DNA from: Candidatus Doudnabacteria bacterium
Lineage (GTDB): Bacteria; Patescibacteriota; Doudnabacteria; UBA920
Direction: 5' to 3'
Assembly: GCA_023245895.1 (NCBI GenBank)
Contig: JAHFJJ010000002.1
Location: 3,348-67,347, forward strand
DNA length: 64,000 bases
Position numbers and translations under genes: made by a program. Shown here piece after piece: positions 35,480-44,371 of the stretch (the stretch's first letter is position 1; each line of letters begins with the position of its first letter). A model generated the notes under the pieces. It was not told the origin of the DNA, searched no databases, and saw only the letters and a program-made list of their open reading frames with translations.

Positions 35480-38400
35480 ATGCAATTCACCCACCTCCAT
35501 TGCCATTCGCATTTTTCGCTCCTGGACGGCCTTTCCAAAATTGAGCCGCTGGTTGAGCGCGCCAAGGAGCTGGGTATGGATAGTCTGGCCTTAACCGACC
35601 ACGGCGTAATGTACGGGGCGGTGGAATTTTACAACAAATGCAAAGAGAGCGGCATTAAGCCCATAATTGGGCTGGAAGCATACATAGCTCCCCGCTCCAT
35701 GAGCGATAAGAGCGGAAAAGTGGATGCCGACTACTATCATTTAACCCTGCTTGCGCAAAACGACGAAGGCTATAAAAATTTAATCCAACTTACCACGCTC
35801 GCCCACCTGGAAGGTTTTTATTATAAGCCCAGGATAGATTTGGAAATTTTAAAAAAACATTCCAATGGTTTAGTTTGCCTTTCCGGCTGCCAACGCGGCG
35901 AAATCGCGCGAGCGGCGGTAAATAAAACTGTTGACGAAGCGCAAAAAGTTTTGGAAAAATACCTGGATATTTTTACAGCAGACAGGCTGTTCATTGAGCT
36001 GCAAAGAAACAGCAAGAATCAGGCGGACAAAGAAAAAGAACAACAGCTTAACGAAAAACTAATCGCCCTGGCCAAGGCCAATAATCTTCCCATGGTTGCA
36101 ACTGCCGACTGCCACTATATATATCCCGAAGACGCCGAAGCCCAGGACGTTATGGTGTGCATTGGCACGGGCAGGACTGTGCAGGATACCGACAGATTGG
36201 ATATGCGCGGCTATGACCTGTCTTTAAAATCGCCGGAAAAAATGGCCGAACTTTTTTACGATTTGCCGGAAGCCGTGGAGAACACGCAAAAAGTCGCGGA
36301 TTTGTGCAATTTGGAAATTTTAATTGACCAGCGTTATTTTCCGCAGGTAGAAATTCCGGAAGGCATGACTTCGGCTGAATATTTGCAAAAAGTAGTTTAT
36401 GAGAAGGCTTTGCCGCTTTATGGAAAAGATCAATCCCCTGTAGTGCAGGCCCCTGGCCTGCCTAATGAGCAGGGCACGGCCCTGCACTACGGCCAAGGTA
36501 AAATAGTTCCTGATGAAATTAAACAGCGCATAGACTACGAACTTAACATAATCTGCAAAAAAGGTTTTGATACTTATTTTTTAATGGTAGCTGATGTTGT
36601 AAATGGAGCCCATAAAATTGGGGCTATCACCAACACTAGGGGGTCAGCCGCAGGTTCCATAGTCGGCCGCATTTTGGGCATTACCAACGTTGACCCTCTA
36701 TACTATGAATTGCCATTTGAAAGGTTCTTAACAATGCACCGCCCGACTCCGCCGGATATAGACCTGGACATTGCCGACAACCGTCGCGATGAGGCCATTC
36801 ATTACATAACCGAGAAATACGGCAAAGATAAAGTCGCGCAAATCATTACTTTTGGGACCATGGCCGCGCGCGCCGCGGTGCGGGACGTGGGCCGCGCCAT
36901 GGCTGTGCCCTATTCCAAGTGCGACCAAATTGCCAAAATGATCCCCATTGGCAAACAGGGTTTCCAAATGACTTTGGACAAGGCCTTGGAAAAGTCCCCG
37001 GAGCTGAAAGAAATTTACGAACGCGACCCGGAAACGCGCCAAATTTTGGAAATTGCAAAAAAATTAGAGGGCTGCGCGCGCCACGCCTCTGTCCACGCCG
37101 CGGGCATTGTCATTACCCCCACGGCGCTCACCGACTATATGCCGCTGCAAAAAGAACCGGACGGCGAACGCATTATTAGCCAGTACGATATGTACACTTT
37201 GGATGTTAACGCCAATGGAAAAGCCTTGGGCGTAGTCAAGCTTGATCTTTTGGGTATCCGCAACCTTTCCATTTTGGAAGACGCGGTCAGGCTGGTGGAA
37301 GAACGCCATCAAACCAAAATAGACATTTACAACCTGCCCCACCCCGACGCTAAAACTTTTAAGTTGCTTTCCGACGGTTTAACTTTCGGTGTTTTCCAAA
37401 TGGGCTCTTCGGGCATGACCCGCTATTTAAAAGAACTAAAACCGTCATCAATCTTTGATATTATGGCCATGATAGCGCTCTACCGTCCTGGGCCTATGCA
37501 GTTTATTCCGGACTACATTGTGCGCAAACACAATAAAAGTTTAATAAAATATTTTGACCCGGCATTGGAAAAAATCCTCCATAGAACATACGGAATTTTG
37601 GTGTATCAGGATGACCTTTTGACCATTGCCCACGACTTGGCCGGTTACAGTTGGGAAGAAGTCGACAAGTTCAGGAAAGCGGTCGGCAAAAAAATTCCGG
37701 AAGAAATGGCCAAACAAAAAATTAAGTTCGTGCAGGGCTGCCAGGAAACTTCCAAATGGAGTTTTGCCAAGTCCGAACAAATTTGGACCTGGATAGAACC
37801 ATTCGCGGCTTACGGTTTTAACAAAGCGCACTCGGCTTCTTACTCGGTAGTATCTTATCAAACCGCTTACATGAAGGCTAACTATCCTGTGGAATTTATG
37901 GCCGCATTAATGACGGCTGAAAGCGGTGATGAAGATAAAATTTATGAAGCCGTGGAAGAGTGCGAGGCGCTGGGAATCCAAGTTTTACCGCCGGACGTTA
38001 ACGAGTCTCTCGGCGATTTTACGGTGGTTGATGAAAAGACAATTAGATTTGGCTTGAATGCTATTAAGAATTTGGGGAACGATGTGATTAGTAAAATTAT
38101 CCAATCCCGCGATGTAGTTGCCCCATTTATGGGGCCTCAAGCGCCTGATAAATCAGGCAACTACACTTCCCTTGAAGACTTCCTTATCCGAGGCTACACC
38201 AAAAATTTTAACAAACGCTCCTGGGAGGCTTTGGCCAAAGTTGGGGCTTTGGGCGCTTTTGGCGAACGCGCACAGCTTTTGCATAACACCGAAGAAATTT
38301 TAGATTTCGTGCGCCAGCATTTTAAAGACGCAAACAGCGGCCAAAATTCCCTCTTCGGCGGGGCTTTAAAGGCAGGCAAACTAAAATTAAAAGATTCACC

Positions 38401-39049
38401 TCCGGCGACCAAAGAGGAAATGCTCTTGTGGGAAAAAGAACATTTGGGCATGTATGTTTCGGCGCATCCTTTGGACGTGCATAAAAAAGTCTTGGACAAC
38501 ATGAGGAGCGTAAAGAGTTTGTCGCTGGACGAGCTCGGCGGCAATGTGGTAATGGGAGGAATTATTTCGCGCCTTAAAAAAACCTTAACCCGCAAAAATG
38601 ACCCCATGGCATTTTTTACTTTGGAAGACATGACCGGCAATATTGAAGTTTTGGTTTTTCCCAAAGTTATGGAAAAGGCTTTGCCGTTTTTGGCGGACGA
38701 CAAAATAGTCCAGGTCAGCGGCCGGCTTAGCGACAAAGACGAAGAATTCAAGCTCATTGCCGAAGATATAAAAGAATTGCCCAACGATGACTTATACGCC
38801 ATGGCCATGAATGAAATGCAAAAAAGCAAGCAGTTAGTTTTGCATATGGCCGGCCTACATAATATGGAAGCTTTAAATAAAATTAAAGATATTTTACAGG
38901 CTCACAAAGGCAACGCCCAGGTTTACCTTTCCGTAGGCAGCGGCCCGGCAGCCAAACAAATAAAAACCCAAAGCATGGTGGAAATTACCAATGAACTGAT
39001 GGACCAACTCCGCCAACTGCCGGAAATTTTGATGGTGGATGTGAACTAA
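35480..39049 (+). CDS. dnaE: DNA polymerase III alpha subunit
   Basis: Start moved to MQFTHLHCHSHFSLLDG; ALTDHG, RGSAAGS, PDIDLD, SVHAAG, YGFNKAHS, C-terminal OB fold. Confidence 0.98.
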   Translation: MQFTHLHCHSHFSLLDGLSKIEPLVERAKELGMDSLALTDHGVMYGAVEFYNKCKESGIKPIIGLEAYIAPRSMSDKSGKVDADYYHLTLLAQNDEGYKNLIQLTTLAHLEGFYYKPRIDLEILKKHSNGLVCLSGCQRGEIARAAVNKTVDEAQKVLEKYLDIFTADRLFIELQRNSKNQADKEKEQQLNEKLIALAKANNLPMVATADCHYIYPEDAEAQDVMVCIGTGRTVQDTDRLDMRGYDLSLKSPEKMAELFYDLPEAVENTQKVADLCNLEILIDQRYFPQVEIPEGMTSAEYLQKVVYEKALPLYGKDQSPVVQAPGLPNEQGTALHYGQGKIVPDEIKQRIDYELNIICKKGFDTYFLMVADVVNGAHKIGAITNTRGSAAGSIVGRILGITNVDPLYYELPFERFLTMHRPTPPDIDLDIADNRRDEAIHYITEKYGKDKVAQIITFGTMAARAAVRDVGRAMAVPYSKCDQIAKMIPIGKQGFQMTLDKALEKSPELKEIYERDPETRQILEIAKKLEGCARHASVHAAGIVITPTALTDYMPLQKEPDGERIISQYDMYTLDVNANGKALGVVKLDLLGIRNLSILEDAVRLVEERHQTKIDIYNLPHPDAKTFKLLSDGLTFGVFQMGSSGMTRYLKELKPSSIFDIMAMIALYRPGPMQFIPDYIVRKHNKSLIKYFDPALEKILHRTYGILVYQDDLLTIAHDLAGYSWEEVDKFRKAVGKKIPEEMAKQKIKFVQGCQETSKWSFAKSEQIWTWIEPFAAYGFNKAHSASYSVVSYQTAYMKANYPVEFMAALMTAESGDEDKIYEAVEECEALGIQVLPPDVNESLGDFTVVDEKTIRFGLNAIKNLGNDVISKIIQSRDVVAPFMGPQAPDKSGNYTSLEDFLIRGYTKNFNKRSWEALAKVGALGAFGERAQLLHNTEEILDFVRQHFKDANSGQNSLFGGALKAGKLKLKDSPPATKEEMLLWEKEHLGMYVSAHPLDVHKKVLDNMRSVKSLSLDELGGNVVMGGIISRLKKTLTRKNDPMAFFTLEDMTGNIEVLVFPKVMEKALPFLADDKIVQVSGRLSDKDEEFKLIAEDIKELPNDDLYAMAMNEMQKSKQLVLHMAGLHNMEALNKIKDILQAHKGNAQVYLSVGSGPAAKQIKTQSMVEITNELMDQLRQLPEILMVDVN
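36440..36490. repeat. In-frame GTAG...CTAC palindromic insertion in dnaE
   Basis: GTAGTGCAGGCCCCTGGCCTGC...GCAGGGCACGGCCCTGCACTAC, 51 nt. Confidence 0.8.
38114..38164. repeat. Second in-frame GTAG...CTAC palindromic insertion in dnaE
   Basis: GTAGTTGCCCCATTTATGGGGC...GCCTGATAAATCAGGCAACTAC, 51 nt. Confidence 0.8.
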
Positions 39050-39076
39050 TCACAGATAACGCAGATTGGAGCAGGT

Positions 39077-39113
39077 CCCCTCTCCCCATGGGAGAGGGTC
39101 AGGGTGAGGGTTC
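39077..39113. repeat. CCCTCTCCC..GGGAGAGGG..GGGTGAGGG repeat unit
   Basis: Same family as the DUF559 flanks (42300-42935) and 50808-50841. Confidence 0.8.
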
Positions 39114-39167
39114 TGTAGTTAAAATAAAAAAGCCAGATATATAGATTACCGCTGTTATATGTTATAA

Positions 39168-39760
39168 AAAATTTCAGCCCGCAACTCTTGTTAGAGCTGC
39201 GGGCTGTTGGGTTTAGGCTGGTTTCTGCACTTGGCATATTGCCAGCCGCCGCCTCCCCCGGAGGACGGCTTGGTGCGCCGGCGTCGCGCCTGTGTCGGCG
39301 GCGGTGTGCGCCGCGGACGCGGACGGAGGCATTCGTCGGCTCGCCTCCTGGTGTCGAATTGTAAGACGGTGTGGCCGCCATACAATCCTACGTTATAGGA
39401 AAGCGGGGGCCGTTTGTTGCATGCCGCGCAGCGTGAGCCTGCGGCACCGAGAATCAAAGTGCCAGGTCGTGGTTAGTTGCGCCGATTAGCGGTCAGCGCG
39501 GCCGCGTCCTTGGCACCGCTAAAGAAATCCGGTGCTATATCCGACGGTCTCGTTTTTCATCGTCGTTCTCCTTTCTTTTTCTACACGGTCGTCGTTTGCC
39601 GGCGTGTGGGCCGGCGTCACATCAAAAAAAAGGGATCGTGGGTTTGGTAGCTTTTACGCTCCGCCGCATAAGCGAAAGCCGGTGGCGTAAAACAAAGGCA
39701 GAAGCGAATTGAAATGCTTGCGATGGTTCACTGGGGGTTTCCTCCTTTCTCTAGTATTGA
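39168..39760 (-). other. GC-rich transcription unit with SD-led micro-ORFs, or a decayed foreign gene
   Basis: ORFs 39654-39731 (25 aa), 39519-39560 (13 aa) and 39213-39332 (39 aa), each after AGGAG(G); hairpin 39175-39206 followed by a T-tract. Confidence 0.4.
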
Positions 39761-39765
39761 GAGTA

Positions 39766-39794
39766 ATTATACACCTTTTTGTTGCCTTTGTCAA
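39766..39794 (-). promoter_or_regulatory. Perfect consensus sigma70 promoter
   Basis: TTGACA-17 nt-TATAAT on the minus strand. Confidence 0.75.
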
Positions 39795-39886
39795 GGCCTT
39801 TATTTAAAAATTGTCTTAAATAAGGGCTAATTTACCTGTGGAAATCTTCCCTTGCTTAAGCTATCTTCTTCTGTTATAATTTTTTT

Positions 39887-40130
39887 AGTTCTTCAAGCGA
39901 ATCCCCGCACCAGTCATTACCTAACGGTAATTCCGGTACGGGGCGCAGCCGGACAACCAATTCGGGGAGCTTGGAACAAAGTGAATAAATAAATCTGATG
40001 TGTTCTAGAGCCACATTGGATGAAAAGTCTTTCGGTCAAACGAAAGAATTCTGGGACGGAAACGTCTCCAAGTAGAGACCCCAGGATTTGCTTATCAGTT
40101 TGTTGATGAGTAAATCTTGGGGTTTTTATA
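39887..40130 (+). ncRNA. Candidate structured RNA or leader upstream of GIY-YIG/thrS
   Basis: TTGCTT-17-TATAAT at 39852-39880; stems CCCCGCACC/GGTACGGGG, ATTACC-taac-GGTAAT, TCTTTCG/CGAAAGA, GGGACG-gaaa-CGTCTC; terminator ACCCCAGGATTT...AAATCTTGGGGTTTTT. Confidence 0.4.
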
Positions 40131-40141
40131 TTTTTTGTGTC

Positions 40142-40520
40142 TGTCATTGCGAGTGCACCCGAAGCAATCTTTTTATGCAAGACAGAAATTATTACATTTA
40201 TATTTTAACTAACTTTACAAACACAGTACTTTATATAGGTGTTACCAATGACCTTATTAGGCGAGCTTCTGAGCATAGGAATCATTTAGTAAAAGGTTTT
40301 ACCCAAAGATACAATGTTACCAAATTAGTTTATTTTGAAAATACAGAAAGCATCGAAAGCGCAATTGTAAGGGAAAAACAACTAAAAGCAGGCTCCAGAC
40401 AAAAGAAAATAGATTTAATTAATTCCAAAAATCCTAGGTGGGAAGATTTATATAATCAAATAATTTAAGTTGCCCGGAAAGATTGCTTCGTCGTCCGCCT
40501 TAGGCGGACTCGCAATGACA
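40142..40520 (+). mobile_element. GIY-YIG gene framed by inverted TGTCATTGCGAGT...GAAGCAATCT repeats
   Basis: Left end 40142-40170, right end 40480-40520; same ends without the gene at 43378-43462. Confidence 0.65.
40175..40468 (+). CDS. GIY-YIG nuclease family protein (97 aa)
   Basis: YYIYIL..VLYIGVTNDLIRR..EH..FTQRYNVTKLVYFE..AIVREKQLK..NPRWEDL. Confidence 0.92.
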   Translation: MQDRNYYIYILTNFTNTVLYIGVTNDLIRRASEHRNHLVKGFTQRYNVTKLVYFENTESIESAIVREKQLKAGSRQKKIDLINSKNPRWEDLYNQII

Positions 40521-40533
40521 TATAAGGACACAT

Positions 40534-42288
40534 ATGGACAACCCAAACCAATTAAGTAAAATCCGCCACACGCTGGCACATTTAACCGCGGCCGCTGTCA
40601 GACAGCTTTGGCCCGGCTCCCAAAATTCCATTGGGCCGGCTATAGAAAACGGCTTTTACCAGGATTTTGAAATTGCCGGCGCTATTACGGAAAAAGACCT
40701 GCCGAAAATTGAAAAGAAAATCCGGCAGTTAATCCCCCAATGGACGCATTTTGAAAAAAAAGAGGTGAGCAAAGAGGAAGCCTTAAAAGAATTCGCCTGG
40801 AATAAATATAAAACCGAGCTTATACAAGAATTCGCGCAGGAAGGCAAAAAGCTGACTTTCCATAATTCGCCCGGGTTTATAGATTTGTGCAAAGGCGGCC
40901 ATGTAGAACATCCAAACAAAGAAATAAAGCCGGACGCCTTTAAGCTTACGCACATTGCCGGCGCCTACTGGCGTGGCAACGAGAAAAACAAAATGCTCAC
41001 GCGCATTTACGGCGTGGCTTTTGAGAATAAAGAGGAACTCGAGAAACATCTTGCGATGTTGGCAGAGGCGGAAAAACGCGACCACAAAATTTTGGGACCA
41101 AAATTGGATTTGTTTACTTTTTCCGAAAAAGTCGGGGCCGGCTTGCCGCTTTGGACGCCGAAAGGCACATTGATAAGGGATTTGCTGGACGGCTACGTTT
41201 GGGAACTGCGGAAAAAAATCGGTTACCAAAAAGTGGAAATTCCCCACATTACGAAAAAAGATTTGTATGAAACCAGCGGGCATTGGGATAAATTTAAAGA
41301 CGACTTATTCAAAATCAACACCCGGGACGGTCATCTCTTCGCCATGAAGCCAATGAATTGTCCGCACCACACCCAAATTTACGCGCGGAAAATGTGGAGC
41401 TACCGTGAGTTGCCGCAGCGCTATTCCAGCACTACAATGGTCTACCGCGACGAACAAACCGGCGAACTTTCCGGCCTGGCGCGCGTGTTGAGCATTACAC
41501 AAGATGACGCTCATGTTTTTTGCCGCTTTGACCAGGTTAAAGAAGAGCTGGCGGCCATTTGGGACAAGGTAGTGGAGCCATTTTATAAATCGGTGGGCTT
41601 TAAACTCAAGCTGCGCCTTTCGTTGCGCGACCCAATGCATCCGGAAAGATATTTGGGAGATGCTTCCAGGTGGCTTCAGGCGGAGGAAATTTTGCGCGAC
41701 TTGGCAAAGGAGCGTAAAGTTGAATTCTTTGAAGGCTTGGGCGAGGCTGCCTTTTATGGCCCTAAATTGGATTTTTTGGCTACGGATTCTTTGGGCAGGC
41801 AGTGGCAGGTGGCGACTATCCAACTTGATATGGTTATGCCAGAAAGGTTTGATTTGTACTGCGTTGACGAAAAAGGCCAGCACGAACGGGTGGTTATGCT
41901 GCACGCGGCCATAATGGGTTCTATTGAAAGGTTTATGTCAATTTTAATAGAACACACGGCCGGGGCTTTCCCGCTCTGGCTTTCCCCCGCCCAGGCCATA
42001 GTATTGCCGATATCCAAAAAGCAAAATGTTTACGCTAGAAAGGTTTTGAAAGAATTAACATCGGCGATTCCTGATTTACGCATTGAAATTGATGACAGGG
42101 ATGAATCAGTTGGCAAAAAAATCCGCGAAGCCAGCATGCAGAAAATCCCGTACCAGGTAATACTTGGCGAAAAGGAAATGAAATCTAAGAAGATTACTAT
42201 CCGCACGCGCGAAGGCAAGGACTTGGGCTCAATGCTTTTAAAAAAATTTGCAGGAAAAATTCAGACAGAAATAGAAAAGAAAAAATAA
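40534..42288 (+). CDS. thrS: Threonine--tRNA ligase (no N-terminal TGS region)
   Basis: RHTLAHL, DLCKGGH, GAYWRG, RDHK, KPMNCPHH, QDDAH, AFYGPKLD, ATIQLD. Confidence 0.98.
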   Translation: MDNPNQLSKIRHTLAHLTAAAVRQLWPGSQNSIGPAIENGFYQDFEIAGAITEKDLPKIEKKIRQLIPQWTHFEKKEVSKEEALKEFAWNKYKTELIQEFAQEGKKLTFHNSPGFIDLCKGGHVEHPNKEIKPDAFKLTHIAGAYWRGNEKNKMLTRIYGVAFENKEELEKHLAMLAEAEKRDHKILGPKLDLFTFSEKVGAGLPLWTPKGTLIRDLLDGYVWELRKKIGYQKVEIPHITKKDLYETSGHWDKFKDDLFKINTRDGHLFAMKPMNCPHHTQIYARKMWSYRELPQRYSSTTMVYRDEQTGELSGLARVLSITQDDAHVFCRFDQVKEELAAIWDKVVEPFYKSVGFKLKLRLSLRDPMHPERYLGDASRWLQAEEILRDLAKERKVEFFEGLGEAAFYGPKLDFLATDSLGRQWQVATIQLDMVMPERFDLYCVDEKGQHERVVMLHAAIMGSIERFMSILIEHTAGAFPLWLSPAQAIVLPISKKQNVYARKVLKELTSAIPDLRIEIDDRDESVGKKIREASMQKIPYQVILGEKEMKSKKITIRTREGKDLGSMLLKKFAGKIQTEIEKKK

Positions 42289-42299
42289 GCAATTTTGTT

Positions 42300-42935
42300 C
42301 CCTCCCCCTTTGGGGGAGGGCTAGGGTGAGGGTTCTATGGTAAAAATTAAAAGCTACAATCAACAACTCATAATAAACGCCAGAAATCTAAGAAAAAACT
42401 CCACACCTCAAGAGAGAAAATTGTGGAGTTTTTTGAAGTCTTCAAAATTTTATAGCTTTAAGTTTCGCAGGCAGTTTCCAATTGGAAATTATATTGCCGA
42501 TCTTTGTTGTGTAAAAGTAAAATTAATAATTGAATTGGATGGCGGACAGCATTCAGAGGCTATAAATAAGAAATCCGATGCGAACCGAGACGCTTTTTTT
42601 GACAAGCAAGGCTATAGGATTTTAAGAATTTGGAATAATGAGTTAGATAGTAATTTGGAGGGAGTCGGAGAGAGGCTTTATGAAATGCTCATGAACCCTC
42701 ACCCTTAATCCCTCTCCCAGAGGGAGAGGGAAAACTGCAGCTACAACCCTCATCTCTAACCCTTCTCCTCTTCGAGCCTGGGCCTCAGAGCCGAAGGCCA
42801 GGGGGAGAAGGGAATCACCTAGGTTTTAACCCCCTCTCCCCCTGGGAGAGGGACGGGGTGAGGGTTCTATCGTTGTTTTATAACCCTCATCTGTCGCTCG
42901 GCTGCACTCGCGACATCTTCTCCCAGAGGGAGAAG
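42300..42935. repeat. Cluster of CCCTCACCC..CCCTCTCCC..GGGAGAGGG palindromic repeats around the DUF559 gene
   Basis: Inverted units at 42300-42335 and 42693-42730; further units near 42744-42812, 42829-42867 and 42882-42935. Confidence 0.8.
42337..42708 (+). CDS. DUF559 (Vsr-like) endonuclease
   Basis: ARNLRKNSTPQERKLW, KFRRQFPIGNYIADL, LIIELDGGQH, GYRILRIWN. Confidence 0.92.
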   Translation: MVKIKSYNQQLIINARNLRKNSTPQERKLWSFLKSSKFYSFKFRRQFPIGNYIADLCCVKVKLIIELDGGQHSEAINKKSDANRDAFFDKQGYRILRIWNNELDSNLEGVGERLYEMLMNPHP

Positions 42936-42957
42936 AACTCCGTAGTTGTTCCTTTTT

Positions 42958-43383
42958 TTAATTAAATTCAATAACCTCAAACGGCGCTGTAGAAATATCT
43001 ATCCCCTTAGCCGCTTTTTTGTAATGCTCGCGGGCTTTTTTTAGGAACTCTTTTTTGTCTGGTCTGCTGGGGAGGATGAATTTTACTTCTTCTTTTTCCA
43101 CAACCTGTTCAATCCCTAAGTGAATGCGAACGTCCTTAACCGGTTTTTCTAAGGCTACTTCGTCCCCTGCTTTCTGTTCTTCGCCAGTTTGCAGCTGGAA
43201 AATAATAATGTCGCCCGGGCTAATCCGGGTTTGACTGTCTTTTTTTAGCCGCATTTCCATGGTTTTTGTCCCGGCTTCAATTTGGCCAAAGGCCGTAGCC
43301 CCGACATTCAAAATTATTTTTTTGGGATGCTGTTCCCTGTGTTCGTTTGCAAAGGCCATAAGTTTATGGTTTTTATCTGTCAT
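42958..43383 (-). CDS. ASCH domain protein
   Basis: FGQIEAGTKTMEMR..ISPGDIIIF..VIEF; first ATG lies in the repeat end, alternative start at 43359. Confidence 0.75.
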   Translation of the reverse strand: MTDKNHKLMAFANEHREQHPKKIILNVGATAFGQIEAGTKTMEMRLKKDSQTRISPGDIIIFQLQTGEEQKAGDEVALEKPVKDVRIHLGIEQVVEKEEVKFILPSRPDKKEFLKKAREHYKKAAKGIDISTAPFEVIEFN

Positions 43384-43462
43384 TGCGAGTCCGCCTAAGG
43401 CGGACGACGAAGCAATCTTATCATCGATTCAAGAGATTGCTTCGGCTGCACTCGCAATGACA
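43378..43462. repeat. Gene-less copy of the TGTCATTGCGAGT...ACTCGCAATGACA element
   Basis: Both ends of 40142-40520 (inverted orientation) separated by only ~16 nt. Confidence 0.85.
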
Positions 43463-43470
43463 GAAACAGA

Positions 43471-44235
43471 TTAAGTTAAAATCCTCGCCCCATTTTTTGT
43501 TACCGCAATTGTATGTTCAAAATGCGCGCTAAGGCCGCCGTCGGCTGTCCTAATTGTCCAACCGTCCTGGTCAAAATTCACAAAGTATTCGTGCTCACAG
43601 AGCATTGGTTCAATTGCAAGTACCATGCCCTCTTGCAAAGTTTCACCCGTGCCTTTTTTGCCAAAGCACGGCACCGCAGGGTCTTCGTGGACTTCGTAAC
43701 CCACGCCGTGGCCTACTAAGTCCCTAACCGGACTAAAGCCGTTTTTTTCGGCCAGGGTTTGAATAACATATCCTATGTCCCCTATTTTTGCTCCCGGCCG
43801 GACTTCTTTTATCGCTAAGTCCAGGGATTTTTTTGTTACTTCAATAAGTTTTTTTGCGGTTTCGGATATTTGCCCGACCCCAACCGTAATGGCGGTATCG
43901 GTATACAATCCTTTATACTCCATGCCAATATCCAGTCCAATAATATCGCCTGATTTTAAAATAACATCGCGCGATGGTATTCCGTGCACGACCTCGTCGT
44001 TTACCGATGTGCAAAGCCCGGCCGGAAAAGGATTTTTCTTGGGCCCGTAACCCTTAAAGCTTGGCCTCCCGCCGACATCCGCAATCATTTTCTCAGCAAA
44101 CTCATTAAGTTCCAAGGTTGAAATACCGGGCTTCACCAGCCCGGCGGTTTTGTAAAGTATGTCGTGGAGGATTTTTCCGCCCTCGGCAATAATCTCTATT
44201 TCTTCGGAGGTTTTTGTATATCCCTTTTTAGGCAT
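43471..44235 (-). CDS. map: Methionine aminopeptidase type I
   Basis: CTSVNDEVVHGIP, GDIIGLDIG, GHGVG..HEDP, AIEPM, SAHFEHTI. Confidence 0.97.
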   Translation of the reverse strand: MPKKGYTKTSEEIEIIAEGGKILHDILYKTAGLVKPGISTLELNEFAEKMIADVGGRPSFKGYGPKKNPFPAGLCTSVNDEVVHGIPSRDVILKSGDIIGLDIGMEYKGLYTDTAITVGVGQISETAKKLIEVTKKSLDLAIKEVRPGAKIGDIGYVIQTLAEKNGFSPVRDLVGHGVGYEVHEDPAVPCFGKKGTGETLQEGMVLAIEPMLCEHEYFVNFDQDGWTIRTADGGLSAHFEHTIAVTKNGARILT

Positions 44236-44245
44236 AAAATTAGTG

Positions 44246-44364
44246 TGTCATTCCGAGCGATCCGCCTTAGGCGGACGAGCCGAGGAATCCCTTACGTCCG
44301 ATAGTACATCAGCGTTAAGGGATCCCTCCGCTCCCTCAGATGCATTCGGTCGGTCGGGATGACA
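44246..44364. repeat. Palindromic repeat element TGTCATTCCGAG...TCGGGATGACA
   Basis: Inverted near-copy of 1932-2047 with a TCCGCCTTAGGCGGA unit inside. Confidence 0.85.
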
Positions 44365-44371
44365 CCAAAGG

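Noticed and set aside
39897-39975. c-di-AMP (ydaO) riboswitch or T-box identity for the structured leader
   Set aside because: Only a GAATCC..GGTACGGGG resemblance; other conserved elements are not visible, so it is left unassigned
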